A DNA stretch of 63,448 bases, filler included, from Octopus bimaculoides (lineage: Eukaryota), in the NCBI RefSeq assembly GCF_001194135.2. It is 4 parts of 4 records of this genome, joined end to end, with 100 filler letters (N's around TTAATTAATTAA, not from the genome) between each part and the next. Parts side by side here need not be neighbours in the genome. Positions count along the whole stretch, not along the records: positions 44,914 to 62,147 come from NC_068981.1; 3 more parts are not named here. The stretch is one strand, 5' to 3'. Within the stretch, counting starts at the first letter, position 1; every line of letters begins with the position of its first letter. Positions 48,175 to 59,520 of this stretch are shown one piece after another. The notes beneath the pieces are model-generated. The model was given only the letters and a program-made list of their open reading frames with translations. It was not told where the DNA came from and did not search any database. The translations under genes and the position numbers were made by a program.

Positions 48175-50924
48175 TGTGTGCGTGTGTACGTGTGTGTGTG
48201 TATGTGTATATGTTCGTGTACGCGTGTGTGTGCGTGCGTGTGTGTGTGTGTATGTGAATCAGTAAACGAACAGATAGGTTTGTGCAAACCAAAAGATAGT
48301 ATTTTAAAAGATAGGTTAAACTAATACTAAGTTGAACTGATACTTGAAAACAAGAGAAAATAAAAGAGAAATAACCGCTGCATTCTCGCTAGTTTATTTA
48401 CTGCCATCATTGAATTGCATGAACTTCCTAATTCAAATAAAACTTCTTCACAGAACCCGATAGTCATACATAACTTCATTCCTCTGAGCAACAGGGGTTT
48501 GATATTAAAAAATGAGTTCATCTGTAGGAAACAAAGAAGGAAAAAGAAAACAATGTTACAATTCTATGTTTTTATCGATATCTGTTCTCTTGTGAGATTT
48601 CATGTTTTTATTTTCTTACATTAAATCCACAACTTACAGAGAATTGAATTCTCGAGTGAAAAACACAATGCGCATAGGTTGTCGCCAACACTCCTTGCAG
48701 AGAATCGATTAGTAGACAACGCAAAACTTCCCGCCAAAAAAACCTGTGGATTGTTAATGCGGTTGGGTCGCTTGCGCTTTTCTACTGTCACCTGGACGCC
48801 ACAGGGAAGTTATAGCAATAGATAGAAACAAATACATCACTGACAGAAAAACATTCACAGCAGAACAAAACACAAAGAATATTCACAGAATAGTAACAAA
48901 AAAAATAAAGCCACAACGGAATAGAATAAAATAAAACTTACATAACTCATTAAAGAATGGCACCGTTAATTTCTCTAGAGCTCTATTTTGTTTCTGGTTG
49001 TTAACTTCAGTTTCCGCCTGAAGCAACGTCTAGTAAATTGGTGGGCAACAATTAAGCAGGTTCTAATACACGCCTCATCATTGTACATTCTGCAGATGTA
49101 CATCAAGATATTTTTTGTTTTTATAAATATTTTGCTGTGTTTTAAAATGAAAATCTAGATAAAAGCGCCTAGAAAATCAATAAATCTGCTGGAGGCTGCT
49201 TTTATCCCCACTATGTTAGATACTATGTTTTCTTGCAACATATATCTAAGCAAAATACAAAACATTATTCATTCACACATACGTCCATAAATAAACACAT
49301 AGGAAACGTTTGTTGTTAATCTGCAGAATATTCACATATTTCAAAATAAAATAACCAATATAGTTAAAATTCCATCATTTCTAGGAAAGGATCAATATCC
49401 ATCCCTACACAAGTTTTACTCTTTCTTTGTAATTAACATGAATAGGAAACAAGTTAATATATACAAAGCAATAGTTATTTGTTTCATTAATTTAATTCAG
49501 AAAATGCTAAAATGTTAAAAAAAAAAAGATATATAGATCCAGAAACCAGATAACATATTATAAACTAAATGATATTAGAGTACCGAATCCTACAGAAATA
49601 TATGTTTTTCAAACTTTATCAAAAAGGTCATGGTGTTGTGTAAAAAGATAAGGAGGAAAAGTATACAATGCAAGGAGTAAAATATAGTTATAATTGTTCG
49701 CTTGATGCCTTACACTGCTATTAAGAGTGTAAGGCATAGATCGGTCATGGCAGTAAATGTAGATAAGAAAACCACATTCCAAGTCCAAAAATGTAAGATA
49801 GTATCGCCACCTCAATACAAGTAACATAGATTACACATAAAGAACAGTAATACTTAAATTACTAAGTAAACAAAACAGATCATATTATTTTTAAAGAGAA
49901 AAACCAGCGCTTAACATAACAGGGCATTTCAAGTTTTAGCATAAATTTAGCATATCGAACTGTTCCGTACCTTATGTATCAGTTGTAGATAGAACTAATT
50001 CAAAACTCCGGGTACAAGAATATGCTTGAAAGCTTAAAGCTTGCATATTTTTTGCACGAAAGCAAGATGAAAAGGTTTCTTCTTCACATTCAACGTATTA
50101 CCATACAAGATCATGTACTCATTGATGGCAATAATTACCACAGCCGTTTTACCATTTCCTTTTTGCAACAATACTGCATTTTATCCTAGAATTACTAACT
50201 TCTTCGTTTTTTCAAAAACCTAATGTATTTTGAAAACGACGTAGTACTACCCTTGCTCTTGAATGTAAAGTAGATGCACAGTGAGTATCGATCTTAAAAA
50301 TTTTCTCACTTAACCTGATGTACATCGTTACTGTGACGTCTACTGATTTTACGTCAGATCTGTATAATATTTCTTTTCAGAGATATTTTCTATTTACAGA
50401 ACGACTAACCAATGTCGATTGTACACTGGCCTCCAGCATATTGATAGAGCTAATATTAAGCAAAATTCATCTGTAGGGTAACAGAAGTTGGTATACTGAA
50501 GCCATGAATATGGCATGAAGGAAGGCAAGTCAACGAACAGAGGAAATTCACAGAGCCATTGCTCCTATGTAGTATCGATTCCTATGTATCGTTTAGTAAT
50601 TTATGTTTCAGTTTTTCTTTTGGTTTTTTTTTTTTACTAGTTCAACTTTTGGAAATGGTAAAGCTCTGGCCTCCCGATAAATCAGTTTCGTTGTTGAACG
50701 TGGAATGTAACGAGTCGAAAGAAACATCAAAAAGCATTTTGCTAACCCATTATTATAACCGACATTTTAAATAATATTAGTAATATTATTGCGCATAGAT
50801 AGAGGTCACATAAATACTTTTAAGCAAATTTTTTCGAAATAAATTTGAACCCATTTCCAAACCGAATACAATAACTTCTATATTTTGTAATTGTTTACTT
50901 TCAATTTTAAAATTTAACTTGTAG

Positions 50925-51843
50925 TAAAGGTAGCGAGCAAGCAGAATCGTTACTATACCAGGCGAAATACTTAGCGGCATTTCGTTCCTCTTTGCATTCT
51001 GAATTCAAATTCCACCGAGGTCAACTTTGGTTTCCTCCCTTTCAGGGTCGATAAAATAAGTTCTGGAGTCAATGTAATCGACTTCGACTTGCTCAAAATG
51101 CCAAAAAATTGCTGGCCTTCTGCCAAAATTTGAAACTAATAATCCTTTCTCCTATAGGTACAATTTTGAAATTTTGAGGGTGTGGGCTAGTCCATCTAAT
51201 CAACTCCAGGGATGGACTGATACTGAATTTATAGACCCCGAAAGGATGAAAAGTAAAGCCGACCACATCGGAATTTGAACTCGGAACGTAAAGATAGGCG
51301 AAATGCCGCTAAACATTTTATCTGATGCACTAATGATTCTACCAGCTCACCGCTTTCAACATTGTTGGTTTCAAATTTTGGCACAAGGCCACCAACTTCG
51401 AGGTGGGTGTAAGTCGATTACATCAACTCCTGTACTCAGCTGGTACTTATTTTATCGACTTGAAAGGATAAAAGGCAAAGTCTACCTCGGCGGAATTTGA
51501 ACTCGGAACGTAAAGATGGACGAAAAGCCACTAAGCATTTTACCCGGAATGCTAACGCTTCCGCCAGCTTGCCGCTTTAATGCTATCAGTAATATTAATG
51601 AGCTTAGATAAGGCGGAGAGCTGGCAGAACTGTTAACACGCCGGGCAAAATGCATAGCAGAATTTCGCCCCTCTTTACATTCTAATTTCAAATTCCGAGG
51701 AGGTCGACTTCGGCTTTCATCCTTTCGGGGTCGATAAAATAAGTTGCGGTTGAACTCTGAGATCGACATAATCGACCTACACCCTCCCCCTAAATTGCTG
51801 GCCATGTGCCAAAATTTGAAACCAATATTAATGAGCTTAGATA
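50925..51843. mobile_element. Cluster of four family A SINEs (+,-,-,+); the last has a 20-bp TSD
   Basis: Copy 51611-51823 is flanked by the perfect direct repeat AATATTAATGAGCTTAGATA at 51591-51610 and 51824-51843. Confidence 0.9.
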
Positions 51844-52051
51844 TTAAGAAACTCCAACAATAACCACTCCCTATTTTCTAAAGGTGGTAGGTTTAGATTT
51901 GAGCAAAATATAACCGCTATTTCTCGTATTCCGAGCTATGTCGTAGAGGGCACCGGTTGGCCTGTTAATACACCTGCAGAATGTGATGGTAACCAAAAGT
52001 GATGCGGATGATAGAGTCAGTCCGAGAATGATAGTTGCCGTTGCTCTAGAC

Positions 52052-53471
52052 TACTGGTTCTCAACTGGAGTCCATATAGCGCTTGGGGAGTCCATATCAA
52101 ACTTTGCTGCTAAAGCTTATGTGAAATAAATCGGTTATATTTCTACAATACACAAAGTATTTTAACAATTTTTAAAAATAATATCTAATAATATTTAATA
52201 AATAAAATAAGATAGGATTTTTAAACATGGAATGGTTATGAATATCTAGTAAATATAAATCACAGTATGTGTGTATATTGACTAACGCATACATTTCTAC
52301 AATTCTCAACCGATTTTCACCAAACTTTACTCACACATTACTTATGTCCTAAGGATGGTCATGCACTATAACATTTTGCCCAGAGCTCCTGCTTAAGTGG
52401 ACCTAAATGGACACATTTTTTTTTGTATGTAGGGTGAAAATATTTTGTCTGTTTATTTTGACTGTCTACTTGCCACAGTGATTAAATTAACTAGGAACAC
52501 TGTGCGCGATGACTATCCAATACCAAACAATCTTAATCTCCATATTTAAACTGCATTAAACTTTAGCAAGCTTACTTTTACCTATTCTGAGTTACTTGAA
52601 AGGTGATGTTCTCTTCCCTCTCTTCTATTTGTTGATACCTTTGTTTACCTACCAATGCATTATTTCATTTTAAGAATGCTTATTTACCCATGCATTATGA
52701 TATTTCGACTGTTGTCCATTGTTTCAAATACGTTTTAGTGTTGTTGTTCTAGCCTTTTTTAAACAATCACATATAATTCATCCCAAAGCATCAATCTTTA
52801 AATAAGAGTTTTGCTTCCACTAGCTAAAGCTATATGCATCTTTCAGAAAGCTCCGTACCAATTTAACTTTATGCGGCATTCACTTTTAGTTTATGCGCAG
52901 GCTATGTGGGAAGACAATAAAGGGACTTCTGTTAGCTTATCTCTCCGAAAAAATAGCCCTCTTTGCTGTTGCAAAAAATAAACTCGCAGAGGGCAAGTTT
53001 CAGTGTCTTCCTTCAATTTCCTTACACCATTTATGTGGCTGTTTCTGACAAGAAATTTCGCTTTCATTTAAAACAACTATATTTTGTAGTCATTATCCGT
53101 AATTTACTCCCCAAACACTTCAGTAGCTCTACTTTGCTTTGCTTGCAAACTTATATGTTCTATGATCATTAAAGTGCAACGACTTCCACAATAACCAGCT
53201 TTCAATTTGATTTTCCGTTCCTAGGTTAATCGGAAACATAGATTGCCGTGCTACTCATAAGCCTTCTCAGTAGTTCAATTATTTGGTGAAAAAATACCAC
53301 CAAAGCAACTTAAACCGTCAAAAGGACGGGTGCGTTTGCTAGTTTAATAATAAAAAAACTGTTATAATATTTAATAATGAATATATAATAGGATTTTTTA
53401 AACATGGAATGGTTATGAAATAAAATAGGAACCAAAAGGGTTTATTGGTAAAAAATGGTTGAGAACCACTG
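52052..53471. mobile_element. hAT (Charlie-like) MITE interrupted by an insertion
   Basis: Ends TACTGGTTCTCAAC / GTTGAGAACCACTG; TSD CTCTAGAC (52044-52051) versus CTCTGGAC (53472-53479). Confidence 0.82.
52245..53342 (+). mobile_element. Helitron-like non-autonomous element
   Basis: A|TC 5' end; hairpin CCGTC-AAAAG-GACGG at 53315-53329; CTAG|T 3' end at 53339-53343; internal ACCGATTTTCACCAAACTT motif. Confidence 0.7.
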
Positions 53472-53499
53472 CTCTGGACGTTACATTATTTATATGAAT

Positions 53500-54600
53500 T
53501 CCAGCTCAACGTTTTAAAAGTAAATGAAGTTATTGAAGTTGAGTGTATTTTTGATGTATGTTCATTTTTGTTTGTCTGGACTGAGTTCCTAGGAGAATAC
53601 GACAGTACTATTTTGGGGTTGCATATACAAGAGTGCGTGTTTGTGGGGAAGTGAATGAAACGATTGCAGTATACTTGGAAATGACTGGAAGAGGCAGGGC
53701 TAATATAATCAGTAATAGGTCTAACGATTTGTTTGCATACTAGTGTTGTTGTCTCCTCTGCCGTTGACTATAGTAGTGCTCCTGAGTGTTCGAAATATGT
53801 TCATACGATGTTTTGCCTTCTTTATCATGCTTTTTATATGAGCTGTTAATGTTCGGAAGTCTCTAGAATGACTGCTGGTACTTTTGGTTTCTGGATATAT
53901 AGTATGTTTATGTTATTGACTGTAGTAGTTGGATGTATGTGATATTCTTTAGTGTTGTCGGGAAAAAAGGAGCCTGTTGTTTTGGGGTTAGGGTTTTAGA
54001 TAAATATTGCAAGAAAGTAGTAAGGACAGAGTGGTTGTGTAGAGATGAAGAGTGATGGGAGTATATGAGTGTCACGTCAACGTGTAAGAATTGTGTATAC
54101 TTTGTTTTTAAAAAGGAATGAAATGGTTGTGAGAGAACAGGTTTTTATAACACATGATCCAAGAAATTAAAGATGCTATATGTATTGTTTTTTGCATTAT
54201 TATACAGGCTTGACAATTCCAAAGGTAGCCTTTGGTGAAGAAAGCAAATAAAATTTAGAGTATGGAATTTGAGTAGTGTGGTGAGTGGCTATGGTAATTT
54301 GAAATCGCATTATGAGTAGTAGAGAAATATGGGTGCGTTGGTGATGACAAGAATAACTCTGTTTTAGACATTGCATAATAATCAGTCAATGAGGTTCTTT
54401 TTCGTTTGAGTGTTTATAATACTTTAAAATTGTTATGCTTTGCGCAGTTTACAGACCCGAGGATGAGTAGATGGTGATATGACGAGCTGAAGGTGATAGG
54501 AACGACAATTATTCCTTCAGACGTCAAGAGTTTTATATGAATGATTATAAGTTTGTTAGACTGTAAAGCTTTCGAATTCTTGGATTGTTGTTCGAGCGTG
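53500..54600 (-). mobile_element. Heavily decayed LINE reverse transcriptase (I/Jockey-like group)
   Basis: Minus strand LTAHIKSMIKKAKHRMNIFRTLRST...RPITDYISPA resembles the post-RT thumb motif HI..I..KA..RLN.L..L...YK..IRP..DY. The upstream boundary is approximate. Confidence 0.6.
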
Positions 54601-56062
54601 TGCTATGTAAAAAAATATTGTTTGCTAAAGAAATATTGTAATGAGTATAATAGAATATAAGGTTGTGCTACCGTATGTTGTTTAAAACGTAAAGAGACTT
54701 CAGTAATGGTTTTGTGTTACTTCGAACGCTGAACGCATTATTTTGTACCATAGTGTATTGTATTCATTGAAGTCTTCTCAGTGATGGGGCGGGGATATTT
54801 TAAAAGTATTTCAGAGGAAAAATGTAAGTTGCTAGGACGTTTAGTAATGTAAGTAGGGGTATATATATGTTTATTATGGTTACGTGTTTCATGTTGCTAG
54901 TTGTATGTTTCATGTTGCTGGTTATGTATTTCAGGATTAGTTTGAATGTTGAAGTATGTTGTCGTGCCGAAGTAGAGTTTATGTATAATATGAAACCTCC
55001 ATCGTGGTTGTGTGGGCACTTCATAACATAGATAAGGCGGTTGCTTCATAATATACATAAATGCATGCATCCAATGCATTACAAATGACACTCGAACACT
55101 ACTTCAGCACGACATGCTAGAGCATTCAAACTGAAAAGCAGCAACACGAAGCACATGACCGTAATAACCAAACATGCTGGGAATTGCGATGTTGGTTGTT
55201 TTTATGTGGAAACATGGACATAAGAATAGAGATAATGGCGGTACTTCCGGTGATATATATTGTATGGAGTTGAGTCACCAATATTGTTTTTACAACATTG
55301 ATTTACAGTTTGTTGCAAAAATCTACAAATCTAAAGGTAAAGAAATAAGTTTGCAACTTTAACCTCCAATTTCCTTTCTAGTTATGACGCCACCTTCTGT
55401 TTTCTTTATTATGCTGTATAAATTATTCACTTCTATCTTGATCGATGATATCATGTTTGGAAGTTTGATCTACTGCAGCCTTTGTACATTGGGCAATCCT
55501 TTGAGACTAAGTAGCAATTTTGTTGTTCAGCGAAAGACTGGTTGTTATTCAGACTTATAAAACGTCAGTAACCAAATAACACTGCCAAATTGAAAACTGA
55601 GACGAACCAATACTGCCAAGGCAATCCATACTGAATTATTCTTACCTAATTGGGTGTAAGTATGGCTTAGCAGACTCAATATCTTGTTAGCTTTATTTTC
55701 CTGAATTTTTATATAACGGGAATTCAGGCGAATGTTTAGAAATATATTTTTTATTCATAGCAAGTAGAGAAACAAGAGAATGCAACTAATTTATTCTAAC
55801 ATTTTAGACGTGTTTGTAAATATTGTTGTCATATAAGACTATAGCAAAGACTACCATGATACTTAATTTCCCAAGTTTTTGAATTGTGAAATAGAAAAAT
55901 GTATCTTTTGATGTTTCAATCGTGCTGTTTATTGGCTTAGGGACACTCCTCTCTCTCTAGACATGCCACAAAAACTCACTATTTTCACACCATTAGACTT
56001 ACGGAATAAATCAGTGAGGCTAGTCTTTTCTCCACATGTATGCACAGACCTCATTTTATATG

Positions 56063-56113
<51 letters not shown>

Positions 56114-57674
56114 GCACGCACGTACGCACNNNNNNNNNNCACACGCACGCACGTACGCACGCGTGAGCACACACACACACACACACACGCACGCACGTAC
56201 GCACGCGTGAGCACACACACACACACACTACTACAACATAGTCAACTCTCAAAATCGTGACATTAGAAAGCGAAACTGAAACTTTGTGATGACAATACCT
56301 GTTGCAAATGTTCAAAATTAACATGCTACTATAAAACAAAATTTGAGCTACTTGTGTTGATGTATATCTAAAGTTACATTTAGTGCTCAGCAAATGTGCA
56401 ATAAGTAAATGACAATGTAGCATAAAAAAGCCTATGGAGAGGGAGGGAGAGAGAGATGGAGAAATACAGTGTGAGAGAGAGAGAGCGGTCGTGAGAGAGA
56501 GAGAGACGGAGAGAGCGTGAGAAAGAGAGCTCGCGAGAGAGAGAGAGAGAGAGAAAGCGTGGGAGAGAGCGCGTGAAAGAGAGAGCGTGTGTGTGCATGA
56601 GAGAGAGAGCATGAATAAGAAAGAGAGAGAGAGCGTGAGAGAGAGTCAGAATGAGAGAGAGAGAGAGATACTTGCTTTAATCTTTGTAGCACATCTGTTT
56701 CCTTGGGATTTGAAAAATAAACATAGCAAAAACGCAGCAGTCTAACATTCCTAGAAACATGAGTTGCCACCTTTCCTATGGGTAACCTAGTTGTTTTGAA
56801 TGTTCTTTCTAGTTGAACATTTACATGATGCTATCTAGTTGCTACGCAGTAAGTGGCTTGCTTAGAAGATTGATTACTGGTGTGAACAACAACAAATCAA
56901 TAGTTTTGTATCGGGTAGAATCTTTTTGTAGCAGCACTCAAAGAACTAGTTTGCCTGTTTAATCATTTTTGCTATTTTACACCCATTTCAACCGATTTTT
57001 TTTCCTAATAAATTATAAAGTCAATTTGAACAGATAAATTTTCAAAGTTTGTTGAGAGCTCAATGAATTTACCTTTAAATCAGAAATAATGTTGATGCAA
57101 GTCTTTTGTTATTCTAACTTAAAGTAATATAGCTTTACAATACAACGTTTTACCCAGATTTGGCTCATAGTGTCTGCTGCAGACTTTTTACTACTGGGAT
57201 GTGATGAATATTTCTTTTCAATTTAGAACATATATATATATATANNNNNNNNNNTTTCAACGTAATGTACTGAAAAGGAAGAAAGAAGAAAAACGAAAAA
57301 CAACTTCAAAGAAAGAAATGAAAATATATATTGTTGTAACAAATAGATCACCAAAAATTTATTACTAAATCTAACATTTAAAAACGCCTTTCTGACAAAT
57401 AGTGCGCTATTGAAGAGATGCCATGCCCGAATGAATAGCTACCAGACCGTCATCAGAGATAATGAGATCCATATCCGATTTCCGTCAACGTGCTGTGTGT
57501 ACCAGTAATGATATTCTTAATTGCAATTGCTCAGTATACTTAGCTCTAAGCAAGTATAGCTTGTAAAATTTACAGCGGTCCAGAATTCCACGTGTTAAAG
57601 AGTGTGGCATGAACTCACATTTTAGTTAGAACTGCAAAAGAATTTTTACGTGTTTACATTATAACAACCAAATA

Positions 57675-57716
<42 letters not shown>

Positions 57717-58559
57717 GTACGTGCGTGTTCGCTTATAATAGTTTAATTTCCAGTATATATACAGGATTTAACTGTTAGTCATTCGGAAGAACATGAATAA
57801 TTATTACTTGCCTCAAAGAAAAAAAAGTCCTTCAATTGGCCATTGTATTTGCGTTCTGGTTCTAAACACTGATTGGTAGAAAACCTGGTATATAACCGTT
57901 CGTTTCAGATTAAATACATCGTGTACAGAAACACGTCTTCCAGCTGGAAAGAGTAGCTATAAGGAGTGGACAGCTATATTAAACAAGAATTAGGAATTAC
58001 TAACATGTTCATATCTATGTACAAACTTCTTGAATCACAACCTGCCCGGGTAACATTATTGATGTTACATGTTTTATGACTGAAATGCATCGTGACCACC
58101 GAGAATAGTGGATTACCTTTTTGATATCTTTACGAAACCATGGAATGTGTTTTAGACAATAGTAGCTTATTTAAAAATTTGCATGACCCTCTGCATGCTC
58201 CCTAAATGTTTACTGAGCACGTTAATGATATTCCTAATATCTACAACTTTCTTTATAAATATATATGCATGAATATACATACATCATTTAGACATATCTG
58301 AGCACGTCTAGATATGCAACTATATGCATGAGAATGCATAATAAAACAAAACATACGAATCTGCACGTATACATGCATACAAAATACCCTGTAGATGTTG
58401 AAATTTCAATGAAAGAGCCTTGGATCTTGCTTAGAAACCGGCTCTTTCTCTTTGGTAAGAAATCTTGAAGTGAAACTGAATAATGACATACATACATACA
58501 TACATACATACATACATACTTACTTATGCGTTGTCACAAATCAATATACAGTGTCGTTC

Positions 58560-58982
58560 GGAAAAAAGACTGTCCTGGAATAAGTATAAAGGATCCCTAC
58601 AAACACACACATCAACACAAAGAATACTGGTGGAACATTCTAAGGAAAATATCTTTCTAACCGGCTGGATATTGTTGTTTGGGACAAACAAGAAAATGTA
58701 TGTACCGTCATAGAGGTTAGATGTCCTGCTGATGCGGATATCTCTTTGAAAGAGGATAACAATGAACAACTGCTTCGAAACATTCAGTTTCTATTTCCAG
58801 GTTATAAATTTACATTTATACCAGTAATAATTGGTGCACATGGTTTTGCGAGTTAATGCCTACGTGACCATCTGGATAAGCTAGGGTTTTCAGAAATAAA
58901 CCGACTAACTCGCACATTACAAATGCAATCTGTAAATTGAACAATAAAAATATGCAAAATGTTCCTCAAGCTTAAAATGTGA
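58560..58982 (+). mobile_element. R4/NeSL-like non-LTR element 3' end with restriction-like endonuclease remnant
   Basis: EYWWN...NRLDIVVWDKQENVCTVIEVRCP...FIPVIIGAHG...LDKLGF...KICKMFLKLKM* ((P)D..E/D..K-type RLE domain); two in-frame stops. Confidence 0.8.
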
Positions 58983-59229
58983 CATTGCTTTTGTTGTCTA
59001 CATTCCAACGATGGAGATTTGTATCTTTGTTAGAAAAGGTTTTGTATAGTACAGATTTGAAGTTGCCAGGTGGTTGAAGTGATGTTGAGAGTAACATTTC
59101 GTTCAGATCTCGCAAGTAGGCATTTTGCTTATCTTAATTTTGCAAACGATAAAATAATTTCTACTTCTATATGGCAGTGAGTGGTTTCAAATTGTGGCAG
59201 GCTAGCAGTTCTTAGGGAAGGAGATAAAT

Positions 59230-59520
59230 CAATTACGTCAATCTCAGTACACAATTGGTACTTATCTTATCAACACTGAACGGATGAAAGGCAAGATCAA
59301 CCTCAGTAGAATTTGAACTCAGAACGTATTGAGTCGAAAGAAATACCGCAAAGCATTTTGTTTGACACTCTAAGTTTTGCCAGCTCGCTGCCTTTAAATA
59401 AAAATAATTATTTCTAATATAGAAACAAGGCGTGTCGATTACATCGGACCTAGTACTTGACTGCTGTTTTATTTTATCGGCTGCGAAGGATGAAGGCAAA
59501 GTCGACCTTGGTGGAATTTG
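59230..59520 (-). mobile_element. Two family A SINE copies, the second 5'-truncated
   Basis: GGATGAAAGGCAAGATCAACCTCAGTAGAATTTGAACTCAGAACG and GGCAAAGTCGACCTTGGTGGAATTTGAAC. Confidence 0.8.

Noticed and set aside
48600-49860. NUMT or GPCR pseudogene
   Set aside because: Hydrophobic stretches with TGA codons and a TM2-like FLSTFTAMTDLCL were seen, but no diagnostic mitochondrial motif or DRY/NPxxY motif was found. Stop density is not clearly below chance, and T-rich strands mimic TM segments.
50130-50180. Walker A motif in LLQKGNGKT (minus strand)
   Set aside because: It does not fit GxxxxGKT spacing, lies in a short stop-bounded frame, and has no Walker B.
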